Both the position numbers and the translations under genes were made by a program. Positions 41,443 through 51,480 of a DNA stretch of 64,000 bases are shown one piece after another. The notes beneath the pieces are model-generated. The model did no database searches. It had not been told where the DNA came from and was given only the letters and a program-made list of their open reading frames with translations. Origin of the DNA: Armatimonadota bacterium (GTDB lineage: Bacteria > Armatimonadota > SYMT01); the NCBI GenBank assembly GCA_046292385.1, contig JBKBRF010000013.1:1-64000 (forward strand), in the 5' to 3' direction. The first letter of the stretch is position 1. Every line of letters starts with the position of its first letter.

Positions 41443-41540
41443 GCTGCTGCCGCGCCGATGAAGAATCTCACCGCGGCCCGTCCGGTGGCGGGCGGGCCGT
41501 GCCGCAACGGCGAGCCCGTTGCTCATCCGGACCGGTCCGG

Positions 41541-41984
41541 CTACCGCTCGAATTCCGCGCCCAGCTTGCGCGGGTTGAAGAGAAAGGGCCAGCGCGTCTG
41601 CCGCGAGTAGGTGGCGCCGCGGAGACTGATCGCCCGGAGGTCCGCGCCGCGGAAGTCGCTGCCGCGGAGGTCCGCTTCGTCCAGGAGCACCTCGTAGAGG
41701 CTCGCCTGCCGGAGATCGGCCCCCCGGACAGAGGCCATGCGCATGTTCGCTCGCGCGAGCTGCGCGCCCCGCAGGGAGGCGCCGTCGAGCCGGGTGGTAT
41801 AGAGATCGGCCGTGCCCAGGTGGGCACCGTCCAGTAGGGCGTTAGCCAGGTTCGCCCCTCGCAGCGTGGCCTGCCGGAGATAGGCACCCCGCAGATCCTT
41901 ACCGCTCAGGTCCACCCCTTCCAGAGAGTCTGCCTCCACTACCAGCAGAATCTCCTCCGTATCCCGATGCCTGATCTCGATCAC
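41541..41984 (-). CDS. Pentapeptide-repeat protein
   Basis: A(D/N)LxG-type repeats. GTG start VIEIRHR at 41984. Confidence 0.85.
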   Translation of the reverse strand: MIEIRHRDTEEILLVVEADSLEGVDLSGKDLRGAYLRQATLRGANLANALLDGAHLGTADLYTTRLDGASLRGAQLARANMRMASVRGADLRQASLYEVLLDEADLRGSDFRGADLRAISLRGATYSRQTRWPFLFNPRKLGAEFER

Positions 41985-42301
41985 AGGAGGTAGCCGCTCC
42001 GCCCTAAAAGTCAGCTGCTCAGCTCGTCGTTCACTCGTCTTCAATGGCTTACAGGCAGCGTCCGTGCCGGTGACTTGGCCGGAATCTGCCCATAGTCGTG
42101 CGGAGCCCGTGTCGAATCGTCTGCCGCCGCCTAGCTCCTGGCTCGCGGCCGGTGAAGTATACCACGATGCCACCCGGGCCACGCGCCGCGCCCCGCCGCC
42201 GCCCGCCCGGGCGTTTGGCCCCATTTCGGCGAGGGGTACAACCGGGCGACAGGGCGGAACCGGACTCGGGGGAGCCACGAGTTAGAGAAGGGGGAGAGAA
42301 G

Positions 42302-42787
42302 ATGGGTCAGTTTCCGAAGAATCGCCTCCAGGCTTACATGCCGATGGAAGACCTGGAGAAGCAGCGAGACTTCAGCTTTCAGGATATTCGCGGCTTCAAG
42401 ATCATGAACACTACCGGCCACCAGGTGGGCCACGTGAAGAACATCTTCGTCGACCCGAATACCCTGGAGCCGTGCTTCGCGCTGCTCGACTACGAGAAGT
42501 TCATGAACTTCAACGTCAAGAGCCTGCTGGTGCCGTGGGAGGAGCTGCGCATCGGCGACGACTTCGTGCAGACCCGCTGGACCGAGGATCAGCTGCTGCC
42601 GGAGACTCGCGCCGAACAGGAGCGCAACCTGGCCGGGCACGGCGGCCCCGCGCGCCGGATCTCGACGCCGGGCACCTCCAGCAGCTCAATCTTCGATACC
42701 GATGAGGGGAACGACACCGACGAGGTGACGAGCTACGATACCGGAGAAGGGGACGAGGAGCTGGTCACCGGCGCGGGCCGCGCGTAG
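42302..42787 (+). CDS. PRC-barrel domain protein
   Basis: DIRGFKIMNTTGHQVGHVKNIFVD...LVPWEEL, with a GGGGGAG RBS. Confidence 0.8.
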   Translation: MGQFPKNRLQAYMPMEDLEKQRDFSFQDIRGFKIMNTTGHQVGHVKNIFVDPNTLEPCFALLDYEKFMNFNVKSLLVPWEELRIGDDFVQTRWTEDQLLPETRAEQERNLAGHGGPARRISTPGTSSSSIFDTDEGNDTDEVTSYDTGEGDEELVTGAGRA

Positions 42788-43235
42788 AGACGCGTCGCAG
42801 ACGCCTTTCCGTACAAAGAAAGGACCCCGCTGGCTCGCGCCGGCGGGGTTCTCCATCAGGGAGTGAAGCGATGTTGTGATACGCACTTCCTGGGACCCCC
42901 CATAGCAACTGGAGTTTCAGCTATGTTTGCTCGGCGCGGAAATTGGTTGCTTGCTCGCGGGCCGCGCGCCGGGGCCGGAGAACCCCACCGCCGCTGAGCT
43001 CCATCCTGCGTCCAGGCCCCCTCCACGAGTCCGTCATTCTGACCGCAGGGAAGAATCTCGGCAGCCGTCCCGGTCCGGAGCACGCATGCTCCTGACGAGG
43101 ACCCAGCCGGGCGACGCGCTCCCCTGGCCCGCCGACCGATACGCGCTGCGCGGCGGATTCGGGAGTAATTCGGACGCCGGGCGTCGAACAGCGTACAACG
43201 ACTTCTGTTGTGCGAGTTCAGACCACCGGAGATCC

Positions 43236-44771
43236 ATGTCCACCGCCCCCACGATTCACGCCTCGCCGGAGACTCGCGGCCAGGCGCCTCTGCTGCAGAT
43301 GCTCGGGATCAGCAAGCGCTACCCCGGGGTCGTGGCACTCGATGACGTCAGCTTTGAAGTGCGCTCGGGCGAAGTCCACGCCCTCATGGGCGAGAACGGG
43401 GCCGGGAAGTCGACCCTGATGAAGACTCTCGCCGGCGCGGAGCGGGCCGACACGGGCGAGATCCGCCTGGACGGCAAGCCGGTCCAGATCCAGTCCCCGC
43501 ACGACGCGATGGACCTGGGCATCAACATCATCTACCAGGAGTTCAACCTGGTCCCCCACCTCAGCGTCGCGGAGAACATCTACCTGGGCCGCGAGCCCGG
43601 CGCGGCGGTGCCCGGGTTCATCAACTTCAAGAAGCTCTTCGCAGATGCCCAGGCGGTGATGGACTCGCTGGGGGTGCACGTGGACGTGCGCGCGGAAGTG
43701 AGCCGCCTCTCCGTCGCCCAGCAGCAGATGGTCGAGATCGCCAAGGCGACCTCCCGGAACAGCCGCATCATCGCGATGGACGAGCCGTCCGCCACGCTGA
43801 CCGACCACGAGCTGAAGAACCTCTTCGAGCTGATCCGCCGGCTCAGGTCACAGGGCGTAGGGATCATCTACATCAGCCACCGGATGGAAGAGATCACCGA
43901 GATCTGCGACCGGGTGACGGTGCTGCGGGACGGCCGGTTCGTCTCCACGCGCGACATCGCCGAGACCGACCGGGACGAGATCATCCGCATGATGGTGGGC
44001 CGGGAGCTGAAGGAGAGCATCCCCAAGCGGCCGGCGGAGGTGGGCGAGCCGGTGCTGGAAGTCCGGAACCTCACCCGCAAGGGCGTCTTCGAGGACATCA
44101 GCTTCACCGTGCGGCGCGGCGAGATCGTCGGCATCGGCGGGCTGGTCGGCGCCGGCCGCACGGAGGTCGCGCGCGCCATCTTCGGAGCGGATCCGGTCGA
44201 TTCCGGCGAGATCCTGGTCTTCGGCAAGCCGTACCGGCCGAAGTCGCCCCGAGACGCCATCGCCTCCGGCATCGGGCTCGTGCCGGAAGACCGCAAGAGC
44301 CTGGGGCTGGTGCTCAACATGGCGGTGCGCGAGAACACGACGCTCGCCAACCTCGACCTGCTCACCATGCTCGGCTTCGTGAACCGCAAGCGGGAGCGCG
44401 AGGTGGCGGAGGAGTACCGCAAGGACCTCCGCATCCGCACGCCGACGATCGAGCAGGAAGCGAAGAACCTCTCCGGCGGCAACCAGCAGAAGGTGGTCCT
44501 GGCGAAGTGGCTCTTCACCGAATCGCAGCTCCTGATCTTCGACGAGCCGACCCGGGGCATCGACGTCGGCTCCAAGGTCGAGATCTACGAGCTGATGAAC
44601 GAGCTGGCCGCCAAGGGCGCCGCCATGATCATGATCAGCAGCGAGCTCCCGGAGCTGCTCGGTATGAGCGACCGCGTGCTGGTGATGCACGAGGGGCGGC
44701 TGGCGGGCGAGCTCTCCCGGGAGGAGGCGACCCAGGAGAAGGTGATGCAGCTCGCCACCGGCGGTGAGTGA
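43236..44771 (+). CDS. Sugar ABC transporter ATP-binding protein (RbsA/MglA family)
   Basis: GENGAGKST, DEPSATL, LSGGNQQKV and DEPTRGIDVG; two fused NBDs. Confidence 0.93.
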   Translation: MSTAPTIHASPETRGQAPLLQMLGISKRYPGVVALDDVSFEVRSGEVHALMGENGAGKSTLMKTLAGAERADTGEIRLDGKPVQIQSPHDAMDLGINIIYQEFNLVPHLSVAENIYLGREPGAAVPGFINFKKLFADAQAVMDSLGVHVDVRAEVSRLSVAQQQMVEIAKATSRNSRIIAMDEPSATLTDHELKNLFELIRRLRSQGVGIIYISHRMEEITEICDRVTVLRDGRFVSTRDIAETDRDEIIRMMVGRELKESIPKRPAEVGEPVLEVRNLTRKGVFEDISFTVRRGEIVGIGGLVGAGRTEVARAIFGADPVDSGEILVFGKPYRPKSPRDAIASGIGLVPEDRKSLGLVLNMAVRENTTLANLDLLTMLGFVNRKREREVAEEYRKDLRIRTPTIEQEAKNLSGGNQQKVVLAKWLFTESQLLIFDEPTRGIDVGSKVEIYELMNELAAKGAAMIMISSELPELLGMSDRVLVMHEGRLAGELSREEATQEKVMQLATGGE

Positions 44772-44920
44772 CGCCCAATAATCTCACAACAGGACCGGCC
44801 GTCTAAAGGTGAAACTAAGGAGATCTAAAGAACGTCTAAGCAGATGACTACGACAAGCAGCCTCTCTTCGCTAGCGGCGTCATCTGCTTACAGACGTACT
44901 ACCCTCAACGGCCCTAGTTG

Positions 44921-44968
44921 AAGAACCCGCCACACCTTCTCGGGGTGCGGCGGGATTTCTTTTTTTCT
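44921..44968 (+). terminator. Intrinsic terminator
   Basis: cccgccacacc / ggtgcggcggg stem followed by TTTCTTTTTTT. Confidence 0.8.
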
Positions 44969-45011
44969 GACGCGGAGCCTGGACCAGCGGCGAAGAAGGC
45001 GCCGCCTCCCG

Positions 45012-45037
45012 GTTTAGCGTTTTTCTCCGCCGGGTAA
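45012..45037 (+). promoter_or_regulatory. SigB/SigF-type promoter GTTT-N16-GGGTAA upstream of the sigma gene (autoregulation)
   Basis: Matches the B. subtilis SigB / actinobacterial SigF consensus, and the same motif precedes other stress-type genes. Confidence 0.65.
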
Positions 45038-45177
45038 AGTGGAGGGTCTCCGCGCGGTCTCGGCTTGCCGCTAGCAAGCGAGGCCCCGGGGGAGCACCGG
45101 TAAAAGAACAAGAACCGTCCTGGGAACCAGCCCGCCCCGAGCGGCGGGAGGGGATCTCGGGCCTCGGAGAGCCTATA

Positions 45178-45960
45178 ATGCCCACCGTCTTGGCCGAAGA
45201 TCAGCATCGCACTGACGTCAGTACGGAAGCCCTTCTCCGGCAGTACGCCGCCCACCGTGACCCGCGGCTGCGTGACCAGATCATCGAGCGACACGAGGCG
45301 CTCGTCCGTTCCCTCGCCCACAAGTTCGCCCGGCCCGGCGTGCCGGTCGAAGACCTCGTGCAGAGCGCCTGGATCGCGCTGATCGGTGCGCTCGACCGGT
45401 TCGACCCGTCCCACGAGACGAAGTTCAGCACCTACGCCGTCCACTGCATGGTCGGCGAGATCAAGCGCTACTTCCGGGACCGCACCTGGGGAATCAAGGT
45501 GCCGCGCTACCTGCAGGAGATCGCCGCCAACCTGAACCGGATGGAGGACGAGCTCTACCGCAAGCTCCAGCGGGCGCCGACGGTAGCGGAGATGGCGGAG
45601 GCGTTCAACATCACGGAAGAGGACCTGGTCCAGGCGATGGAAATGTACCGCGCCTACCAGACCCAGGGCCTGGAAGACCGCCGCGAGATGGAAGACGGCA
45701 ACGACTCCCTGGCGCTGGGGGAGATCGTCGGCGGCGCCGACCCGGAGATGGAAGGTGTGGTAGAGTACTCGCCCCTGCACGACGCCCTGGCGACCCTGGA
45801 CGAGCGGAAGCAGACGATCCTGCGCCGGCGCTTCTTCGAAGGGTTCAGCCAGCAGGAGGTGGCGGACGAGCTGGGCCTCTCCCAGATGCACATCAGCCGC
45901 CTGGAGCGAGCCGCGCTGCAGCAGCTCCGCAACCAGATGGCGACCGCCCACGCGGCGTAG
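45178..45960 (+). CDS. SigB/SigF/SigG-family RNA polymerase sigma factor
   Basis: LRDQII, EDLVQ, DRFDP...FSTYA...GEIKRYFRD..W.IKVPR and SQMHISRL. Confidence 0.92.
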   Translation: MPTVLAEDQHRTDVSTEALLRQYAAHRDPRLRDQIIERHEALVRSLAHKFARPGVPVEDLVQSAWIALIGALDRFDPSHETKFSTYAVHCMVGEIKRYFRDRTWGIKVPRYLQEIAANLNRMEDELYRKLQRAPTVAEMAEAFNITEEDLVQAMEMYRAYQTQGLEDRREMEDGNDSLALGEIVGGADPEMEGVVEYSPLHDALATLDERKQTILRRRFFEGFSQQEVADELGLSQMHISRLERAALQQLRNQMATAHAA

Positions 45961-46047
45961 CCCGCATCGGTTTCACACAGCCAGAGGGGCCGGGGAGTGG
46001 CAGACCGCCGCACCCCGGCCCCTTTGCCTACGGGACCCGTTTACCGG

Positions 46048-46100
46048 GCGGTTGAAACCGCAGCAACCACGGCGCGAAGTCCCCCTGCGGGGACTCAGAA
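46048..46100. repeat. REP-like double-hairpin repeat
   Basis: gcggttgaaaccgc and agtccccctgcggggact hairpins. Aligns with 56395-56450. Confidence 0.7.
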
Positions 46101-46613
46101 GGCGCTGGCTTGGGCGTCCGGAGGACGCGTGGCCGCAGGCCTTCCAGCAAGCTAGGGACAGTGGGAGGTGGTCTGCAGTCATGGACGGAGCGGAAGCGGT
46201 GGGGAGGTAGTAAGTGCGTCACGCTCTCCCCGCGCCTCTTTCTCCCGTGATCGGGCGCTGGAGAAGTCGGAACTGCTTCCCGGAACCGGGTTTCACGCCG
46301 ACCTGAGTATCAAGCGCCGAAACCCGGTGCATCCGGCCCTTCCGTCGCCTGGGATCGGCTTGGTCGATCGCTGTCCATCTCTCCCCTACGGCGAGCCTTC
46401 ATCGAGAGCACCTCTAGCGCCTGAGGACGAGTTCCTTCTCCACCACACGCCCGACCATGGCGTCGGCTTCGTATGGACCGCAGGATTGACAAGCGACAAA
46501 CCAACGAGGATCTTACGATGGAGGACTTTCTTCGGGTGAAGTGTAATGATCAATCGATAGCTAGCTGTGCAGGCGGCCGCTGGCCTGGCCCAACCCGTGA
46601 GAGGACCCCAATC

Positions 46614-48506
46614 GTGACTGTCTCACCACGAAGAATCGTCTGGCTCGCATTCGTATTGCTCACCCTGGACTGGTTTACAATCCGCCCTGCAAACGCAGAA
46701 ATCAAACTCACCACGTCGCGAGAATCCTTTGAGACCAACGTACTATCGCCGGTCAAGGTGGATTTCGAACTGGTTTCCTCTACCGGCGCCTATCGCGTTC
46801 CGTCTGGAACCTACACCCATTCTAGCGGAGTTACCTTCTCTGGAGCTATTCCGGGATATGGCGACTATCTATTCATAATTGGCTCACGATTCAACAACGA
46901 GTCGACTTTCGATTGGGGCTCGGGCGCTATCCTGCAAGGCCCGTCAGACAAGTGGGGTAGTGGCGGCGGCGGCATAGTAGTGAGCTTACCCGAGAACATC
47001 ACAGCGGTTGGCTCCGACATAATGAGCCGCGCAGTAGACAACTCATCCACTGGAGCCTCGTTTCGCGTGTGGGTGGGCGTGAGAAACAGTTCGGGAGAGC
47101 AAGCAACCCACGGGCCCTTCGAGGTCAGTTCCTTTCGCCAACCCAATCGTGCATTCGTCGGGATTAGCGCATCTGACGAGATGATCGAGAGTCTCCGCTT
47201 TCAGGCGGTAACACCTGGCGCAACACAGCACGTCCCATTGCTAGACAACTTCATAGCCGGGACATTCAGTGGCGAGAAGATAGCTATTGATGCTCCAGCC
47301 GAGATTCGCCCGTCAATCCTCCGGTACAACGGTTGGGGTGTTGATCCAACGCGGGTTTATGGCAGGCGGGGCGCGGAGTTGATGCCTGTTGTCATCAGAA
47401 CCGAGCCCAACAAAGCATTGCGAATCTACATCACTCCCACGAGCAGCTCCGGCGGGCATGCACACGAGGGAACTCGACCCCACGGCTGGCTCCTGTTATC
47501 GGATCGCCGCGGATTGCCGAGACCGGGCAAGAACGCCCGACCGGGCACGAACGACTACAGTACGATCGAGAGAGCCTTTCGTGTTAACAGCGGCAAGTCG
47601 GGAGAAGTGACGATTTACTACGTGGCTCCTGAAATCAGCGGCGAAGAGGTGATTACCGCTACTGTTAGCGATGATGATGGCAATACCGACCAGGCGACGC
47701 ATCAGGTCGCCGTAAAGGTGCCAGACCTGATCTCGCTATGGAGCGATCCACAGGACGGGTTTACGCTCTACGGGGTCACCAATAGTCATCCGGAGAACTG
47801 GTACATCGCGGGCAATGCGAATGTCGCGCTCAGAGCCGCGGCCCTCAAGTATCGCCAGCTCCAGGAGAATGATTCAGGAACTGGGGCACTACCTGCTTTG
47901 CTTTCCGCGCTAGCGGACTACGGCTATGACTTTCCCTTCAACCCTCCCTTCGGAGAGAACCCGGGCGGGTTTCATCTGCCGCTGAGTCCGGAAGACATTT
48001 TCGTCAATGACGTGAGCCTTACCCATGGTGGTCTCTTCGATCTAGACGCCGGTTGGACAGCGCAGGAGGGCCACAAGGGTCATCGAACCGGGCACCATCT
48101 TGATATTCGAAGCGTGCATTTGTACATACCACCTCAACCGAAGAAAGGCGAAGGGCCCAAGGGGCCGTATCGCTTGGTTGGCCGGACCGCGCCTAACCAA
48201 AGGGTGCTTCCGCCTGCAGAAGGGTACAGCCAGGCCGTAGGCGACCCACGGCTCAGCGCCCGGAAAGGCTTGGCGCCCTTCCGAGACAGCGATACGCGGC
48301 GAGACGCATCTGGCAACCCCGTTCTGGGCGGAGACGGGCAGCCGTTGAAATACGATGCGGCGACACGACGAAAGATGAACGACCTAGTAAAAAGGGTTCA
48401 TTTCCGCCGACTGGCATTACTCATCGAATCACTGCGCGTGCCGGCTGACGGAGTCCAGGGCATCTTTGCGATGGAAGGCAACCACATTCACGTGCAGTAC
48501 GACTAG
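46614..48506 (+). CDS. Secreted multidomain protein with C-terminal LAS-type (MepA/M74-like) Zn peptidase motif; atypical composition
   Basis: GAGAGG RBS with GTG start, signal peptide ending ANA, NDVSLTHGGLF...HKGHRTGHHLD...NHIHV, and visibly lower GC than the flanks. Confidence 0.7.
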   Translation: MTVSPRRIVWLAFVLLTLDWFTIRPANAEIKLTTSRESFETNVLSPVKVDFELVSSTGAYRVPSGTYTHSSGVTFSGAIPGYGDYLFIIGSRFNNESTFDWGSGAILQGPSDKWGSGGGGIVVSLPENITAVGSDIMSRAVDNSSTGASFRVWVGVRNSSGEQATHGPFEVSSFRQPNRAFVGISASDEMIESLRFQAVTPGATQHVPLLDNFIAGTFSGEKIAIDAPAEIRPSILRYNGWGVDPTRVYGRRGAELMPVVIRTEPNKALRIYITPTSSSGGHAHEGTRPHGWLLLSDRRGLPRPGKNARPGTNDYSTIERAFRVNSGKSGEVTIYYVAPEISGEEVITATVSDDDGNTDQATHQVAVKVPDLISLWSDPQDGFTLYGVTNSHPENWYIAGNANVALRAAALKYRQLQENDSGTGALPALLSALADYGYDFPFNPPFGENPGGFHLPLSPEDIFVNDVSLTHGGLFDLDAGWTAQEGHKGHRTGHHLDIRSVHLYIPPQPKKGEGPKGPYRLVGRTAPNQRVLPPAEGYSQAVGDPRLSARKGLAPFRDSDTRRDASGNPVLGGDGQPLKYDAATRRKMNDLVKRVHFRRLALLIESLRVPADGVQGIFAMEGNHIHVQYD

Positions 48507-48540
48507 CGCTAAGCCACGGGTAGCACGCAGTTGGTTCGGG

Positions 48541-50787
48541 TTAGTCGCTGCGAACGCAGAAGCGACGTTCGGCGCAGTGGGAGCCGGGCGCCGCTTCGGG
48601 CGGGACGGGGGTGAGGTACTCCACGTCGAACTCCACCTCACGGCAGATCGGATAGAAGACATCCGGCCCGAAGAGCAGGTAGAGCGCGAGGGTGTAGGGC
48701 CGGTCATTGACGTAGGGGAGCGATTCCGCCCGCTGCCAGAGCCGCCGGACCCAGGCGGCGCAGAGGAGCTCCAGCCGGAGGTCCACCGCGGCGACCGCTT
48801 CCTCCAGGGCCGTGTCCTCCGGAAACGAGAGGATGCGCGGGCTCCCCGCTTCCGCCGAGAGCCGCCGCCGCTCCGGCAGCCGCCGGCGACGCCGCTCCAG
48901 CAGCTCCTCACGCTCCGCCAGCAAGCGCTCGATACATTCCACCGCCGCGGCGGGGAGCTCACGGCCCAGGCGCTCCAGCCGTTCTCGCGCCTCCGGGTCG
49001 GCGCCGAGCTGACCGCACAGCTTCTCCAGCCGCGGATCGACGCGGCGCGCGGCGGAGAGATCCCCTCCGCGCGCGTTGAGACACAACAGCCGCGCCAGGT
49101 GGACCTGCTGTCCCGGCTCGCAGCGGGCGAGCAGCTCCAGATCGGCGCGCGCCTCGGCGGCCACCTCTCGCCAGCGGAGGGCGATCTCCCGGCACAAGGC
49201 GGAGGGACCGAGGGCGGAGCGGAGGAACACCGGCAGCCGCAGCGGCAGCTCTCCCAGGGCGGAGAGGCGATCGAGCGCGTTCAGCCCGATCCGGATCAGC
49301 AGCCCGGTCGGGTGGCGGAGCACTCCCCGCGCGCGGAGGCCGCCGAGGAGGTGATCGACCATCGGCGTGTACTTGCTCCCCTGCCGCGGCAGCCCCAACC
49401 CACGCGGAGAGCGCTGCATCTCCGCGGCGAAGGTCGCCGCCTTCCCGACGATCGCCAGCTCCGCCGTGGAGGGGAGGTGGTCCAGGAGCGCCCGCGCGAA
49501 ATCGTAGGCCGAGCGGACCAGCCCGTCGGCCTGCACGGTGTGGCTGCCGGCGCTCGGGTTGGAGAGCGTGATCGTGGTCCGCTCCACGCCGGAGAGCTCG
49601 ATGCCGAAGCGATAGACCGGCGTCCCGTGTCCCCCCGGCGCGAACTCGACGAAGAACGGCGGGGCATACTCGCCCGTCTCCGGCCGGTACTTCATCCGCT
49701 GCAGGCCGTAGCCGACCCGGTTCAGCGCCTCGTTGTACGCGTCGGTGAACTCCCCCGGGTGGCGGAGCGCCAGGTCGAGGAAGAAGTGGAGGGTCTCCTC
49801 CGGCCGGCGGAGGTCGTCCAGCTCCGCGCGGCTGATGCCGTTGAAGTGGCTGGCGCGGTCCAGATCGACCCGGTCCGACGGGAAGACCTGCGCGGTGAGC
49901 CAGCGCCCGAGCGCCGCCTGGAAGTCGGCCAGGCTCGCCGCGGGGTAGTCGCGCAGGAGCTCCTCGCCCCAGGCCGCCAGCGCGCGGGCGCGAGCCTTCA
50001 CCGCGCGCCGGTGGGAGGCGCCGGCCGCCATCCGCATGGCCCCGGCCGCCGCGGCGCGGACCAGCAGCCACGCGCCGGCGGCGCGCAGCTCCGGCTCGCT
50101 CGCGGGGATGCTGGAGAGGATGACGTTTTCGTTCTCCACCGGCACGACGCCGTAGAGCCCGTCGGTCTTGGTGAGCGCGTAATAGAGCGCGGCGTCCGGA
50201 TAGCCGGAGAACGCCTCCCGCATCTCCTCCCGGTTCACGGCGGGACCCAGGCGCGTCACGGCATCCGCGGCCGTGTCCGCCGCCGGCAGCGCCACGCCCA
50301 GCGCCCGCAGGGCCTCGTCCCACCCCGCATCCGGAGTGAGACTGCTGCCGAGACGGACCCACTCCGCCGCGAGCCGGTGCAGCGGCAGACCGGCGGCGGC
50401 GTACTGCTCCGGAGAGACCGCCTCGGTGAAGAAGAGCCCGTGGGAGATGTCCTGGTGCTCCCAGACGGCGCCGGCGCGGCCGCGGTAGTAGTCTTCCGTC
50501 AGCACGTAGCGCCGCCCCTGTTTGCGGAAGTGGCGCGCCAGGCGGGCGTCGCAGGTGCCCAGGCGCTCGTCCTGGATGAAGAAGGTGATCTCGGAGGCGC
50601 TCTCCCCCACCGCCCGCGCGAGACAGTGGTTGGCGAGAACGGCATCCCACGCCTGGTTCTGGTCGCCCTTGAAGACGTGGAGCACTTCCCGCGCGGCAAG
50701 CGCCTCTCGGATCTCGGCGGGCCGGTCGGTGGTAGCGCGGAGGGTGACGAAGTTGTCTCCCTGGTTGATCACCGTCGCGGGCTTCAT
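48541..50787 (-). CDS. Hypothetical protein, possibly distant BshC-like ligase fold
   Basis: 748-aa ORF with host-like codon usage and a C-terminal coiled coil. The function is weak inference only. Confidence 0.7.
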   Translation of the reverse strand: MKPATVINQGDNFVTLRATTDRPAEIREALAAREVLHVFKGDQNQAWDAVLANHCLARAVGESASEITFFIQDERLGTCDARLARHFRKQGRRYVLTEDYYRGRAGAVWEHQDISHGLFFTEAVSPEQYAAAGLPLHRLAAEWVRLGSSLTPDAGWDEALRALGVALPAADTAADAVTRLGPAVNREEMREAFSGYPDAALYYALTKTDGLYGVVPVENENVILSSIPASEPELRAAGAWLLVRAAAAGAMRMAAGASHRRAVKARARALAAWGEELLRDYPAASLADFQAALGRWLTAQVFPSDRVDLDRASHFNGISRAELDDLRRPEETLHFFLDLALRHPGEFTDAYNEALNRVGYGLQRMKYRPETGEYAPPFFVEFAPGGHGTPVYRFGIELSGVERTTITLSNPSAGSHTVQADGLVRSAYDFARALLDHLPSTAELAIVGKAATFAAEMQRSPRGLGLPRQGSKYTPMVDHLLGGLRARGVLRHPTGLLIRIGLNALDRLSALGELPLRLPVFLRSALGPSALCREIALRWREVAAEARADLELLARCEPGQQVHLARLLCLNARGGDLSAARRVDPRLEKLCGQLGADPEARERLERLGRELPAAAVECIERLLAEREELLERRRRRLPERRRLSAEAGSPRILSFPEDTALEEAVAAVDLRLELLCAAWVRRLWQRAESLPYVNDRPYTLALYLLFGPDVFYPICREVEFDVEYLTPVPPEAAPGSHCAERRFCVRSD

Positions 50788-50944
50788 AGCGGTGAGGCTC
50801 TCCAGTGAGCGCGGGGCAGCAAATCGAACTCCAACAGAGCCGCGCGTCGCCGGAGCCGGCGGGGCGAGCCCGGACGAAGTTTACCGGCCTGTTTTTCGGG
50901 AGTAAAGGCGGGCAATCATCCGAGAGCCCTCCACCCTCCTCCGC

Positions 50945-51385
50945 CTACGGCACCTGCGCCGGGGTGCGCGCCGCCTCCACGGCGCGGTCCGCCGCGCTCT
51001 TGACCCGGCCCAGGCGCTTCGCCAGGTCCCCGATCGTCCGCGCCTTGCGCGAGAGATCGACTTTCTGCTCCCCGATCGCTTCCGCGGCCTGCGAGCCCTG
51101 CGGCTTCAGCTCCGCGGCGATGCGGCGAGTGGTCTCCACGCGCTGCTTCACCTTCTGGGTCACCCCCTTCACGCGGCCCGCCATCGCGGTGCCTTCCCGC
51201 GCGGCGGAGATCGCCATTGCCTTCCCGAGCTCGGCGAGCGCCTGGCCTTCCTTCACCGCCGGGGTGACCTGCCGCCGCGCCCGCTTGAAGGTCTGCAGCA
51301 TTAGCCAGCCCGCCACGCCCATGGCGATCAGGGACAGCACCTGCAGCCCCAGCAACACCAGGAACACGATATCGCCCGTGGTCAT
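50945..51385 (-). CDS. Single-TM basic helical protein (general-stress-protein-like)
   Basis: AGGAGG RBS, N-terminal TM, and GTTT-N16-GGGTAT at 51438-51413. Confidence 0.75.
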   Translation of the reverse strand: MTTGDIVFLVLLGLQVLSLIAMGVAGWLMLQTFKRARRQVTPAVKEGQALAELGKAMAISAAREGTAMAGRVKGVTQKVKQRVETTRRIAAELKPQGSQAAEAIGEQKVDLSRKARTIGDLAKRLGRVKSAADRAVEAARTPAQVP

Positions 51386-51480
51386 CGTTGCGCCTCCTGT
51401 CCGAAAGACTGTATACCCGGGCCCGCCCCCCTCGAAACGGCCGCTTGCTTGGCCTGGACGCGCCACCTCACTCCTGGATA

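Noticed and set aside
44844..44921. Threonine attenuator leader peptide
   Set aside because: The downstream gene is a sigma factor with its own promoter beyond the terminator, and the nearest RBS-like AAGGAG is about 21 nt from the ATG.
46486..46519. TTGACA as a sigma70 promoter for the foreign gene
   Set aside because: No good -10 hexamer at 16-18 nt spacing; TACGAT is about 22 nt away.
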